Source: Raillietiella orientalis
Taxonomy: Eukaryota
Length of the DNA: 64,000 nt
Assembly (NCBI GenBank): GCA_036172245.1
Contig: JAYWIR010000018.1
Coordinates: 1,426,001 to 1,490,000, forward strand
Reading direction: 5' to 3'
Position numbers and translations under genes: made by a program. Positions 38,701 to 52,774 of this stretch are shown one piece after another. Position 1 is the first letter of the stretch; each line of letters starts with the position of its first letter. The notes beneath the pieces are model-generated. The model saw nothing but the letters and a program-made list of their open reading frames with translations. It was not told the DNA's origin and made no database searches.

Positions 38701-40718
38701 GAAGTACTTGCCCCAAACAGAGTACCAGTAGGTGCTGTAGCTGAAAAGAATTACATTTGCTGGTTGGGATTCCAAATTAAGTTTCTAATAAACCTCCAAA
38801 TAACGGCCTATTACTCTGTCCAAAAAATCCGCTACTGCTGATAGCTGGAGTGCCAAACACAGATGAAGTAGTTGCAGGTGTTGCAAATGTTACAGGTTTG
38901 CCAAAAGTAGGTGCCTGAACTTGGCCAAACAATCCACTGGCACTAGTGACAGCTGGAGTGCCAAAGCTTCCTACATGACTATCTCATAAGAATCAACAAC
39001 TATGTGAACACTAAATTTACCAAAAGCTGGTTTGTTAGCTGTAGCACCAAACAGTCCACCTGTTGCTGGTGTGCTAGCATTAGCACCAAATAGAGGTGTA
39101 GTTACTGAAGCACTGCCAAATCCTAAAGGCTGACTTCCTTTACGGTTTGCTAAGTAGTCTTCATAACGAAGTTCCTGAAAGTTTTCAGAACAATAACTTG
39201 ATTTATCCACAAAACACTTACTTCCAGAGACTTAGTTTCATATTCTTTCATGCAAGTAATACATTGATGCCTTGTGTTGATCTGAGTTTGAATGCCATTT
39301 TTCATCATGGTATCATTGCCAGTTGGAGGACTGTATTTCATTGTTGTGCCTGTAGGTTGGTTTAGGGAACTGGTACCAAATGTGGTACCAAATAAACTGC
39401 TAGCTGTAGTGGTAGTAGGAGTTTGTCCAAATAATGATGAACCACCCGGTGCAGAAAACAAACTGCTCCCACTAGACATACCAAAGCCACCAAATACAGG
39501 CTTATTGGCTTGTCCAAATGTCACAGTATTCTGGCCAAAAAGCGTGCTAGGTTGAGAAGCTCCAAACAAACTTGTGGATGGTGCATTAAACCCTGAATAA
39601 AAACATTCATAGGTATCCACGATATAACACCGTACCAACCTCCAAAAGTGCTCGTAGTTGCTGGAGCAGCAGCACCAAATGATGTGTTTGCATTTCCAAA
39701 CAGACCACCAGTATTTGTGGTACTAGAACTGCCAAACATGGAGGTGTTTGTACCAAATGATGAAGTTCCAAAACCTGCTGGTTTGGTGCCAAATGCTGGA
39801 GACTGCTGACCGAACAAATTAGTGGAACCACTGAAAGTTCCTGGAAATTGCACACAAATATCAAAAATCCATCCAAGTTTTACACTGTATAAATTTCATT
39901 CACATGAACCACACAATACATACTACAAGCAAATATATTCAGCTGCTGCCTTAATGTTAACAACAAATGTTGCTAGTATTATTTCAAAACATAAACGACA
40001 GCAAATGAAAATGGAATAAATGATTTTCTTACTACTTTGATGTACATGTTCCACACAAGTTGGTTACATATGCAAATTCTAAAACCCACTATTATGTCTG
40101 ACTTCGGTGTTTTTCACATCCGTGAGGTTTTTGTTGATTTGCATTTAAAAAGGAAGGATTAACTCATCAATCTATGGACGCATACACAAAAAAAAAAGGA
40201 TCCCTGATTTCTAAATTTGAAACACCAATCTACGATTTGATGAAACAAATAACTAAATCAAATCTTTGGCTTTTCCTTTTTTTCCTATTTAAAAAATAAT
40301 GGCTATATATACTGCAAACAGAATATACTACAAATTACGGTGAGATCGGATCTCGAAAGGAAAGAATTACGGGAAACAAACAGGTCTTTTTTTCTTTGAC
40401 ATTTGGAAAAGCTCAAGAGAAAAAAATGACATTCCCAAAGTTCAGTGGATTCATTCTTAACGCTTTTTGAATGTAATGTATCGTACATCGGAGTTTGTAG
40501 GGATACTTTGGGGCATTTTTCAAATTTTAATCTAAAGATGGAAAATGAGCTATTGGACATACACCCGAAATCCCTCACCCCAACAGTTGATAGGTATTCC
40601 CATAATTTTATAGAAAATAACTCTATACTGGTAATAGGTTTGCAAATCTCATCAAACAATATTAAAATTAGACGATTAAAAGCATACCTGAACCAAAAGC
40701 TGGTTTATTGCCAAACAT
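32735..40718 (-). CDS. NUP98: Nuclear pore complex protein Nup98-Nup96 precursor, 18 exons, ~2136 aa, with three tandem autoproteolytic domains
   Basis: Exons in transcription order: 40718-40688, 39840-39640, 39592-39222, 39174-39021, 38970-38794, 38740-38643, 38596-38154, 38110-37685, 37638-37229, 37188-36935, 36890-36458, 36417-36164, 36119-35687, 35646-35393, 35336-34988, 34940-34326, 34285-33619, 33575-32735. All introns are GT-AG and all phases join (6411 nt). Contains FG/GLFG repeats, GLEBS motif ([23 protein letters not shown]), SPYGDSPLF, autopeptidase domains (HPAGI...KPPFGQGLN...[14 protein letters not shown]) and the Nup96 body ([29 protein letters not shown]). Confidence 0.95.
35393..37638 (-). 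repeat. Tandem 771-bp-period repeat (3 copies of the Nup98 autoproteolytic-domain exon pair)
   Basis: ORF ends at 35679/36450/37221 are spaced exactly 771 bp. Unit = 433-nt exon + 40-nt intron + 254-nt exon + 44-nt intron. About 35636-37271 reads as a perfect repeat; the outer parts are diverged. Confidence 0.95.
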
Positions 40719-43700
40719 ATTAGCTATCAAAGCATTGTAGTTCTAATTAATAAAAACAAACTGTATAGAGAATGCTGATAGCTACAGGATGTTTTAAAAT
40801 TTGAAACCAATTTCGCAAACAATTGAAACATTCATTATTTGCGATTCACATTGAGCACTTCAACAAACAAACAGCAACGGATTCATGTGACATCGCAAGT
40901 TCGAATAAAAGATACCAAGACATCCCTAATAGAAATTAGGTAAAACATAATACCAAAAGCTTATTAATCATGATTAAATAATTGAATGCATAAGTTGATA
41001 TGAGAAAGTATAAAAAATTATAAAAATCAGAACAAAGATATCAGTTTTCTTCCATTACCGGACACATATTTGATTTTGTGTTTATGTTAAATTCTGACTT
41101 GTTCATCTACATTAAAGCATAATATTACCATTATATTCCAGAAATGAGTTCTGAAACAAGAAATCACCATGCGTATAACTCCTCTACAAAATGAACATAT
41201 AAAATCCAAAAGCCCTTCAACAGTAAATAGTCCGCTGACCAATCTGTTAGCCCTACTCATCAGTCTATCTTTAATCGAGGTTGTATCAACCATCTCAAAA
41301 AACAGATCTATTCCCTATACCATCAAGTGCTCTTATCTGCTAATTTACCATGTATTTAAATCCCAAATATTTCTTTTCGAGGATCTTAATTTACGTTTCA
41401 TTCGTTTAAATACCGGTAGCCGAAATCTTCCGTCTAATGTGCCGAAATTTCACCCTTGTTTCCACTTGATATATTTTTGAATGAATCCATATTCATTCAA
41501 CAGACATTTTTATAAATGAAACTGGGAAAAGCAATTCATATCATTCTATTACTTTCTATTTTATCGAGAAAGTACTGATATGATTAGCGTGTTGGAATAA
41601 AAGTTCCTAGGAAAATCCAAGTGGAAAAAGTGAATTGATTTTTCTGGAGTACTCTTATTTTAAATGCATTATGGAGTGCTTTCTGAATAATGGTTTATTT
41701 GTAATAAACCAAAGGAGACTGTTAATAATACTTTTAAAAATGCACTTCATGAATAATATATATCTAGAATGTTTAATACCGCCTCCTCGTACTGATCTCA
41801 AACCTTAAAACGCCAATTCGAAGAAAACAAACTATGCAGTTCACTTTATTATAATATCATGGATAGGTTTCTGTTTCTTTGCACTAATAAATCTTTGCTA
41901 TTTTTATTAAATTAATTTGATTATAAGGTCCTCTATTCATTTGTAATGCCATTAGTGACAGAATCCTCTTGTACACTTAGTATCACCTACTTTATTGAAG
42001 GAGACTTTCATACAGAATCTTTGCATTCATGTTTATTGCATAGTGTATTATAGCATCTTCTAAATTTAACTATTCAGAAGCTTGAAGAAAACTATTTCTA
42101 AAAAATTGGTGAGTGTTTACATCAACATATAAATAGGGTTTTCCAGTAATATTTTTTTTGTATTAGTATTTATGAGACTGAATAAACATTTTCTTGGTAA
42201 ATTATTTTCTAATAAAATATTTGTGGAACAGTATGAAACTCAATATATCATGAATTTTCATCCTGCTATTCTCATCTCTTGTTTCCTACTTATAATACTA
42301 CTCTTTTTCTTTTTTAAGGAAACGATGAAAATTATCAAATGCCTTGCAATGTAAAAAGGTTTCCACTTTTCTAAGAACTTTCTTCTTTCGTCCTACAAGT
42401 AACAACCCCAACAGCATTGACTTGCTCACATGTGGGTTGACTTCCCAATACAGCATGTTTCTTAACCGAAATTTTTCATGCATGATTAATCTTATAGTGC
42501 ATTGCTTGCGTTTCATATAATCTTCCAGAGGAACGATCCAATATTAAATTTTTCAAGAAAGCACTCGAAATGAAAATTTTTTGTATGTTGAAGCACAAAA
42601 CTACTGAATGGAGTGTGATTGAAGTCATTCGTTCATAATGAGCCAATTCCGTTAGTATATTAATACAAGATATCAACTCATCTTTACCTAAACTCTTCGA
42701 ACCAATAGTATAAAAGCCCTAGCTTTTATACTATTCTCTCAAGTTGGGGTGAACTGCAAGCAGCCGAAATATTCTACACTTTATATCGAAGAAGTACCGC
42801 AGGACTTTGCATTGCTGAACAAAAGAATATAATGAACATATGCTACGAAATTAAAATGTGCATGCTCCACGCAAATTAAGTGCTGTACTGGAAGTTGTCC
42901 CGTACTGGATCGTATTTAGCAAAGTTGAGTCATTTTGGCGATGGAACCTTTTCTCTGCAAAAACCCAACATATCTGTAGAAAGAAAACTATCAACGGACG
43001 CAGCTCCTGTAAATGGAGTCCAAATACCTTTTTGATGTTCACATTTCGAGATCCACTTACATCGCCCCTCGAATACAAAGTCTATAATCACCCCGACTAA
43101 CTGCAAAGAGTTTTCTGAACAATTTCTAATGAGTGTTTTCTAAGAATTGTGGCCTTTACGTTTCCTGGGGTTTCTCCTGGCTATGAATTCTAATTTCACT
43201 TTATATACTAATGAGTTTCTAAACTTGCAATTTGTTACTATGAGAAGGATGCTGTGAAATGTTTAACAGTAACCTCATACAATTTGTATCATTATTGAGC
43301 TTCTTTTTCTCTAATGCGTGCGTAGACAATTCTTTGGATACGGTTTTTCTATAATCTGATTCTGCTCTCTTTATAAGTGGTAAGAAGACAGCAACACATT
43401 AATCCTAATTATTCGAGCATTCTGCTTTGAAGCGAAGTAGCAATCTTTGACGATTAACATTCAACTTGACCTGTAGTCATGCAGGACTGAAGGAAAAAGA
43501 TACTTTACTTCTAAACTTGCTGAACTCTTTTCTATTTCTGTTTCCATGGATCTGATCAATAATTCCATGATTATTCATTTCATTATGATTATAACTAGCG
43601 AATGGTCCCTACAGTTTCAAAGATGGAAAGATTTTAAATACAGTCACGGTAACGAAGATTGTTAATTTCAAAATCGTTTCAATGTACTCGGAGAAGACCT

Positions 43701-45858
43701 AATTGGGTTTTTTGCTTAATTAGATTTAGTAATGTGTATTTCTGGCCAACATAGTATGTTTACTCAAACTGGTTTCATATTTATAAATTTTTCATTTAAG
43801 TCTGCAATCTGCTACTTGAGCTTTCAGTAGAATGTGATCAATTAGATTATCGTATTAATAGGATTCAATGATTATTGTGGAATCTATAAATAGATATTCT
43901 TTGCATTCTTTCATGAGAAAGGTGTTCAATACTTTCAAAATTCCACATATCTATCCCGATACTTCAATGCAGGCCAAGAAAATAAATGATCATTTAATGG
44001 AATTACAAGTTTCATCAATGTTTTTCTGAAGAGCGAATTACAAACACTGATATCGTTTCCAATAAAGGAAACATATATAGATTGACTTTGGTTAAAAGAT
44101 TGCATTTTAAAAACGAACTAATTATTTTTAGTGTTAATGAATTAATTATTATTTAAGTGTTCTTTCACCTATTTACTATAGGAAACCAAGAGAAATCCAA
44201 AATAAATATGCAATCAGTGTCTAGAACCTATCTGTATGAGTAGACAGATGAATTTGAATCGATTGGATCTATTTGTATCAAGCTATTTCTTCGACAAGTG
44301 AGAATCCTGAACAAACATACATATATCTATAAATGTGGTGAAGAAAGATGGTACAAACATTGCATAAATATAAACACTTCAATAGTCTATATAGAGAGTA
44401 CACTTACACATTGTTAAGAGACATGTACCTATGTATGAATATCTTTTTTTATATGTGCAAATATAAGGACTGGATCCATATATCTACAAATATGTATGCA
44501 AATGAGTTTGTGAGAACTTGCATTGAGAGATGAACAGAGATCTATGAGAACTGGACGAAGGATGCTAGAATTAGAACTATTAGTGACACATGCATAAATG
44601 AAAGGTGCCATAATAGATCCGCTGCCCCGTGTTTATGTGTTCATCTTTTTCGTTTTTCACTATTCCAGTTTTATGATATTGATATGGATATGATATTGAA
44701 GTGCATAAGCATCAACAACATCTTGATTTCAGAAACAGTTTTATAGAGAAGGAAATACATATTTAGACATAGAATAGAAATTGATTCTTAGTATCAGACA
44801 GTCTTTTAATTGTTTCAATCGGTAGATTATTCTTGATGTACTTAACTTGAAGACAGTCTTAAGTATTATCATGGGATTTCTGTCATCACACAGTTTATAG
44901 ATTATCCGATTGGTAGACGAATACCAGTTCAATCCTGCTTGATATGAATGTGTAAGGTAACATCTGAACTTGTTTATTTTCCTAGAAGTTCGAATAAGAA
45001 AGACGAAATAAAATAATCATTAATGTTGATTGTCACAAATGTGCCGAAATTATTCACTTGCGCAAATTTCAATGACCCTATAACAAACCATCATGGTTTC
45101 TATTAGCATTCATTTCCAAGTAGATGTTATCAACAACTTGAAAGATTATGTTCCTCAACTCTTCACTAATAGAATACGTATCAGGTTTCACCTATATATG
45201 CTTTTGAAATAATTACCTTCGAAAAAATTTCTGTTTCCGTTTCATAGAAGGTTATAAACTCTGTGCAACTCAAACTTGTAATTTCATTTTGCAAAAAGAA
45301 AGAAGTCAATAGGGATTTAGTATATTGAAGTAACCAAATCTACATAAATTACAAACAATCTTTGCCGTCTTTCACAAATATTTTGACACTCCTTTATTGT
45401 TAAGGCAATTCATATAGTGAAATAGATGCAAAAACTAAATGAAAAATAGTATTTTTTTGAAGGTTTCGAAAAGTACATTCATGACTGTTGAGCTCATTTA
45501 TGTACCTTTCATAGCACGTGAGAACTACAGCATAATTTCATCATTTTTTCTGAAATATTGGAATACTGATTCAAATAGATGCAATATATTTAAAGAGGTT
45601 GTTTTGAATCGTTTAGTATTCAGTGTTCCATTCGTATTATATTTACATATGTACAGATATGTACATATATACACACACATATGCTCACATACACATGCAT
45701 GCACTATTGGCAACGTGTGTAAGACGGTTGCCACCACCTGGAGGGCGTCGAGTGCCGCCTATGTTGTGGTGAGCTTATACGGAGTGCCAAGCCCGCATAA
45801 GTTGAAGAGAGCTACAATCCCATGTGCAGAACCTACCATTACAGCATATTAGTCAAAG

Positions 45859-47592
45859 ATGCTAATACGAGGGTTTAGCGGTTCCTTACTCGCCATCCGA
45901 CATAAACTGCAGATACGTAAAAACACCGTTACCAGTCTTAACAGTAAGGAAATTTAATAGGACATTGAGAGCTTGAAGGATCATTCTTGAACAATGAGCC
46001 GCATTTTACACGAACTCAATCTTGTGCAAACCTGATTTAGTGAGCTTAATAAAGTAATGAAGCCGTAAATTGGAACACAACATTTAAAAGACGTTTAAGT
46101 AGCGGTTTCCTGGTCTGATGCCTTGAGGCAGAAGGAAATGGCGAAATGTTGCTCGGTTGCAAATGTTGGACATTCTTTTTATGTTTTGTTTTGTAATTCA
46201 CTGTAGTGTAAACTTTAAACTGTGATGAAAGTGTTGAAATCAAAACTGCAATGATTTATAATATAGGACGTTATGTTTTAGTTGCAAATGGATTGTCTGA
46301 AGAACAACAGCAAATCCAACAAGTTGCTCTGGAATTTGCCCGTAATGAAATGGCACCCCACATGAGCAAATGGGATCAGGAAGTAAGTACTTGTTGTAAT
46401 GCTTAATGAGTAAGCAATGCTTTTAAGGAAATTTTTCCAGTTGATACGTTGAGAAAAGCAGCCAGTCTTGGATTTGGAAGCGTTTTTGCAAGGGAGGAGT
46501 TTGGAGGATCAGGTCTAAGTAGACTTGATGGAAGTATCATCTTTGAAGCCCTTTCTCAAGGATGTGTAACCACCACAGCCTTCTTGACCATTCACAAGTA
46601 GTAAATTACTGATTGTTCATTTGAAAGTATATGAACAGCTTACAACACTTCTGATAGTTATCCTCTCATTTCAGCATGTGCGCTTGGATGGTAGATACGT
46701 TTGGTACAGTAGAACAGCGCCAGCAATGGATACCAGGTATCTCTTCTATGACCAAAGTATGTTCCTACTGCCTGACTGAGCCTGGATCTGGATCAGATGC
46801 AGCCAGCATATCAACTTCTGCACAAAAAGATGGACAATTTTATGTTCTCAATGGATCCAAAGCATTTATTAGTGGAAGTGGAGAAAGTGATCTGTACATA
46901 GTTATGTGCCGTACAGGAGAGCCAGGACCAAATGGTATTTCCTGTATAGTTGTGGAGAAAGGTGCTCCTGGTCTTAGTTTTGGGAAAAAAGAAAAGAAAA
47001 TGGGATGGAAAGCTCAACCTACAAGAGCAGTTATTTTTGAAGACTGTCGGACTCCTATTGAAAATAGAATAGGCAAGGAAGGTGATGGATTTCGTATAGC
47101 TTTGAAAGGTCTTACTGGTGGACGAATCAATATCGGTGAGCTAAAAGAATTGAGCTCAATATGATACAGATTTTAGCATCATGCTCTTTGGGTGGAGCAC
47201 ATGCAGCTTTAGAGGCTGCTATCAAGCACACCCAAGTGCGTAAACAATTTAATAGGCCCTTGGCAGACTTTCAACACACTCAGTTTTTATTGGCTCAGAT
47301 GGCTACAAGGCTGACATCTTGCCGTTTGATGGTGCGCAATGCTGCACAATCCATTGACGAAAATCATCCTGATGCCAACATGCTGGTAGCTATGACCAAA
47401 TTGATGGTGTCTCAGCAATGTTCAAAAATTACCAATAATGCCCTCCAATTACATGGAGGGTATGGTTATCTGAGTGACTATCCTATTGAACAGTATGTTA
47501 GGGATCTTCGTGTGCATGAAATATTGGAAGGCACTAGTGAGGTTATGCAACTCATTGTGTCTCGAAATCTTTTTAAATATGAATTCCTGTAG
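45859..47592 (+). CDS. ACAD8: Isobutyryl-CoA dehydrogenase (ACAD8-like), mitochondrial, 5 exons, ~410 aa
   Basis: Exons 45859-45943, 46282-46382, 46428-46597, 46675-47135, 47177-47592 (1233 nt, in frame). Basic N-terminal leader. Motifs [77 protein letters not shown]. Confidence 0.92.
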
Positions 47593-48124
47593 CTATTTCA
47601 TTGGCTGTGAAAAGGGCAGCTGGAACAAAGTCATACATGTGTTTATACAAATTGGCATGGTTAATGGATTGCCTTTTTCATTAGTGTGCTTTCAAAAGTA
47701 GAATACTTATTTATGTAAGCATTAATATTGAGTCATACAAATAATTTACAGTTGTTTTTTGTGTTCATTTGCATACAAAAATTGTTTGTTTTTACTTTAT
47801 GATGTACAAATGTGTGTAAGAGAAGTATGATAGTCCAACACACCACAATTCAAACCAAACATTTACAGTTGATATGGAAAATGTATGCAGATATTTTTGC
47901 AAATTGGAAATATATGTGGAAAACATGGGTATAAGAACATAAATGTCTACCACACAAGACCTATTATTCTAATAGAATCCGTAGTGGGGATGCTACATGA
48001 TGCTAGTGGTGCATGGCTGTTGAGTAGTTTAACTAGGTGCTGTAGGTATGGATGGATGTGGATATTCTGGAAGTCCTGGCTAATAGTGCAAAAGGAAACC
48101 AAAGAGATGTTCCATGATTAATAC

Positions 48125-48192
48125 CATGTTGTTACCACTTTCTGTTTTTAATTACGCACCTGTAATTAAAAACAAAAAGTGGTAACAACATG
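48125..48192. repeat. Near-perfect inverted repeat (31-bp arms, 1 mismatch, 6-nt loop)
   Basis: CATGTTGTTACCACTTTCTGTTTTTAATTAC-gcacct-GTAATTAAAAACAAAAAGTGGTAACAACATG. Confidence 0.85.
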
Positions 48193-49453
48193 ACAGCTAT
48201 AATGCCTATACTCCCACTAGGTTATTAGAAAAAATAAAATGTTAGAAAAAAAAAATATAAGTGCATGCAACAAGAAAGAGCAGCGATTTAAATGCCCAGC
48301 ATTCGTTGCTTTCATCCAACTACCACAAAAAAAGTCAGAGATTGTTCCAGCAATACTCAAAAACGTCTACACAAAACGACTCTGAAAAAAGTTTGGATTT
48401 CGACGAGTGCGATACCCATCAAGGGAGTCATGTGGTTTGTCAAATTATACTATAGAGAAAGCACTTTTGTGATTCACTTGTAGAAATGCAGTTAATGCAT
48501 CAACTCTCGCGAACTGAGTGGTTGGTGAAAGCAAAGTGGTCTTAATGGAACTCATCCATTGGAGTTACCAGTTGTATTTCATTAATAAGCCTCAAGATCA
48601 GTAATGAAACCTCAAAAGAGCTACTTGAAAGTATAAAGAGGAAACCAAAAGACGACAGATAAATTATTGGAAGAGGAAGGCTCTTTTTCTGGGCTGTGGG
48701 CATGTATGGAAACGTTTGTTTGCTAAAACTACATCCACTTCTTCGCAGTCCTGGGGATACTTTGAGATCTTGCAGCCTATAAGAGCACACTGCCATATCA
48801 GCAGGTTGCATTCCTGTATCGTGAGAAAGGAGAAGGATAAAGTGGGAGAGTACGTGTGTCCTCACGCTTGCTTGAAGCTTCACTGTATGAGGTGCAAAAT
48901 TTTACCTTTCGAGAACTGTATAGGGAATATGTCTGTGGAAAGATAAAACAGTTCACACATAAAAACATGTCTGTGGGAATAGGCTTCCCACCCTCTCAGT
49001 GGCCAGGTGAACGCGATACAAGTGGTTGGGACTCAATTTACAGCACAAAGGCTCTTGCGAATAATAGAACTTTAGGGCTTCTGAATTCAAGTTTGGAAAC
49101 AATATCTTCATCCGTAACACTTCTGTTATTAATCCTGGAGTCATCTCTTTCAACACTATTTTATCTCCTAAATGTCAGATCATGGTGAGCGAACCCCATC
49201 TATCAGAATGGAACCATTCATTTCTGAAGCAGCTGACCCAATATAATAAACTTAGATTTGGAAGAGCTATCAAAAGCTATGTCAAGGGTAGCAATAACTG
49301 ATAATTATAGGTTTTAATACTTATTTATACTTTAATATAAATTATACAATTTTCCCCAAATTCCACAAGGGGTGGGATAAACTTACACTTTCATTCACAC
49401 TGTTTGAGCCCTTTCAGCTGGAAATCCGTTTTGGGTTTCATAAAGTACTGCAC

Positions 49454-52400
49454 TCAGGGTGGGTTCCTCGATGTTGTTGTCTGGGCTTCGTCCTCAATCC
49501 TCTTCAGGATGTAACGGTACGTCCAGGCCTGGAGTCTTCCACAATTCCTGATACCGATCTCCTTCTGGATCAATCCTTGCAGAATCTCCATCAGAGATGC
49601 GGCTATCCTGGCTTTCCTAATCTTCCACCACCGCACAAGTATAGCGGTGATGAGGAGAGCAATGGTTGTTCTCACCATAGGGTTGTAGCAGGGAACATTT
49701 GCATTTCCCTGAGACATCCCGGCAAGTGTTCCCATCACCGAGGTGGTGGTCATTCCTATGATCCTTTTCAGGATAAGCCAGTCTCGGAGCAGTGTGGGAC
49801 ACGTCAAGACGTGTAGTCTCGTATCCGTGTCTCCACATGCCTGGCAGTCTTCATCTTCCCGTTTTCCAGTAAAATATTTTAATCTAGACCCGCTCAGGGT
49901 TCCTCCGTGGTAAAACATCAGGAGGTTGTCCTGGGTGTCCTGCGGAAGGTCACTCCTCCAGAGTGTCGTGCCGATCGCTAACAGGTAGATCCTGTCACTC
50001 CCGTAGCGATCAGCGGCTTCCTGGAGGGCACTGATGTCCTTATCCTCTTCAATTATCAGTCTTCGGAGGTCTTGTTTGTTCACCCTGGACCAGGCGAAGT
50101 CCCTATGGTTTTTCCACACTTCGCATGTCCCATGGTAAATCTTCCTAACATCATCTCTATATACTGAAGTATCCGAGAATGATGTAGGTATTCTCCTCTT
50201 CTCCATTCCTGGATACGTTGTAGGTTAATTCTGGGCCGCTGGTAGATCCAGCTTCTCGTATCCGAGGGCACTTGAAGCATCCAACGGATCACCAGGATGG
50301 ATTCCTCCTGCCAGAGTTCCCTACTTCTTGGGACAATCTTCAGTTGGTGCTTTCGCACCAGCTGTTGCTTCCCTCTCCAGGTGGGGTCGATGGTGAGCCA
50401 TTCCCCTGCTCGCCCTAGCAGCACAGTCATAGGGCCTTCCGAGTTGTTTAACAACATCCAGTAGGCTCTGTGAGCCGCGTATGGCCAGTCATCCCATTGA
50501 GCAGCGATTTCCAGGATCTGTTGCGTATCCATGATTTCCACGGAATGTGCAAGCGACTTCATCCCGGAACCGCCCTCTTCCTTGTGACGACACAAGGGTT
50601 TCAATGTAACCCTGGGACGATATTTCCCCCAAAGGGTTTTCCTCTGCAGTTTTTCCACTTCTCTGGTGGTGTCCTTGTTCAATCGGTGGGAGGCCGCTCC
50701 GAAAAGTGTCTTTGGAAGGAGTACTCCATTCCAAAGACTGGCCTTCCCCTTCATGCCAAGGTCCAGTGAAGTGTACTTTGCTGCTTCCTTCGCTGTTTTC
50801 TCTAGGATTTCTGTCCATAATAGTTTCGACGCGAAGTCTCCGTCAATGTGAACTCCTAGTTATTTAGGGTGGTCCACTGTTCGGAATGCACTTCCCGTGA
50901 GCACGGAGAGTTCCAGAATTCCGATAGGCAAAAGTTGGCTTTTCTGGGCATTGATTTTCAAGTCCAATCCCTTTTCCATCAGCTCCATCACATCCAGGAA
51001 CGCTTTCTGTTCTCGTTCTCCCTTGATGAAGAAAATGAGATCATCCGCGTAAGTCAGATTTGTGAGCTTTTGATCGTCGATGGTAATTCCATGGAGACGT
51101 CCACCTCTCTCGATGAAAGAAGACAGTGCCTCCATGTAGATAACAAACAGCATCGGGCTTAGTGAGTCGCCCTGACGGACTCGTCGTTCCATCCGAATAT
51201 CTGCTGTTTCTACCACGTTGATAGTAATTCGAGAGTACTGCTTCTGAAGTACCATCCTCATGAAGTTGCTGAAGTATTCCGGAAGGCCCAGCTTTTCCAT
51301 AATCTTCAGCAGCATCCCATAGTCGATAGTGTCGAAAGCCTTCTCCATGTCGGTGAACACCAGCACCAGGTTCTCACCGATGAATCGGCTAAGTCCCACA
51401 GTGGCCTGGGCACACTTGACATTGTCCGACATGTGGCGTCCGGGCACCGCGCATGACTGAACGGGAGAAATCAGCCTCGGTATAACCTTGCCTAAGCGGT
51501 TGGCCCAGATCTTTGCCAACCACTTGGTATCAGAGTTCAAGATTGAGATTGGCCTCCATTGGGCAACCTTGGTTAGGTCGCCTCCTTTTGGCAACAATTT
51601 CATCCTACTCTCGTAGAAGAATTCTGGTAGTCCTCCTTCTTCTCGGATGCAGAGGGTCAGCTGGTGGAACAAACGCAGGTAAGCATGCAGGTACCTTGGG
51701 TAGTGCGTCATAGGAACACTATCCGGGTCTGCCGCCACATCCTTGCGTAATTCCAGAAACGCAGCCTTTATCTCGTCTTCGTAGAAATCCTCCTCCAGTC
51801 TCTTCCTTTGGAGGTCATCCGTCTTCTTTCCTAGATGCTTCATGAAGACCTTTTGATTTATTACACACAATTGTTGTCGTCGGAGGTGCCCCGTGTAATG
51901 CCTTCGAAAGACATCCACGATGTCTTCCGTCGTTCGTCGACTATAGCCGCCGTATTGGATACAGAAGATGCCTGTTGTCAGATTCTTCCTTTCCAGCACA
52001 CCGACTTCCCCTTTAACATTTTGAAAGACGTACCGACTCTCGTACTGTTCGTAGTACCTTGAGAGAGAGCGATCTTGGGTGTTCAACTCCCGGTACGCTT
52101 CCTGTCTCAACCTCTTGTCGGCAAACTGCATATTGCAGAACAAATGGATCCTATGATTCACACTGTCCCAGTCGGCGACTCTGCTGATAGTTGTATCTCG
52201 CAGAATCGCCTCGATGACTTCCTGGTGACAGGGGAGCGTCTCGAACCAGGAGGGCATGCAGATGAGCGCCGCCCTGGTGGCCTTGTTGCGACGAGGATTT
52301 TCCGTTCGGAGGGAGAACCGTACTAACGGATGATCAGACAGCAGAGTCTGCATGTCACGAAATCCTTGTATGCGGTTCTCGATTTCCGAACTATGCAGGA

Positions 52401-52774
52401 CATGGTCGATCGGCTTGTGGCTAGCTGTTCTCCACTGAAGTTCAGAATCATCGGACAGCCGCCGATACGCCGTCCTTCCTCTAGCGTCCTGGGAATGGGT
52501 GATCACATCCAGAATGTTCAGATCACCTGCAACGATGAGAATGTCCTTCGGTGCGACTCGTTTGCGGAGAGCTTCGTGCAAAGCCTCCGCGCACCGATGT
52601 TTCAGCTTCCATATACGTTCACCAGGAACAGTGAACGTTAGCGGACCAGGACAGCTGTACGCCGATAATTCGTCCAGGCATGGGACAGAAGCTTTCCAGG
52701 ATTGTGTGGGCGAGCTCGTTCTTCACGAGGATCGCCACACCCATGGTTTTCTTTTGCCCCTTGCTGACGAACAG
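49454..52774 (-). pseudogene. Element A ORF2 (APE endonuclease C-part, reverse transcriptase, C-terminal zinc finger), disrupted
   Basis: ORFs 50860-52581, 50080-50754 and 49454-50206. Premature TAA at the usual KYLG position (50860) and a frameshift near 50200. Confidence 0.9.

Noticed and set aside
38202..39555. Plus-strand PK/PN-rich ORFs
   Set aside because: Antisense shadows of the Nup98 FG-repeat exons.
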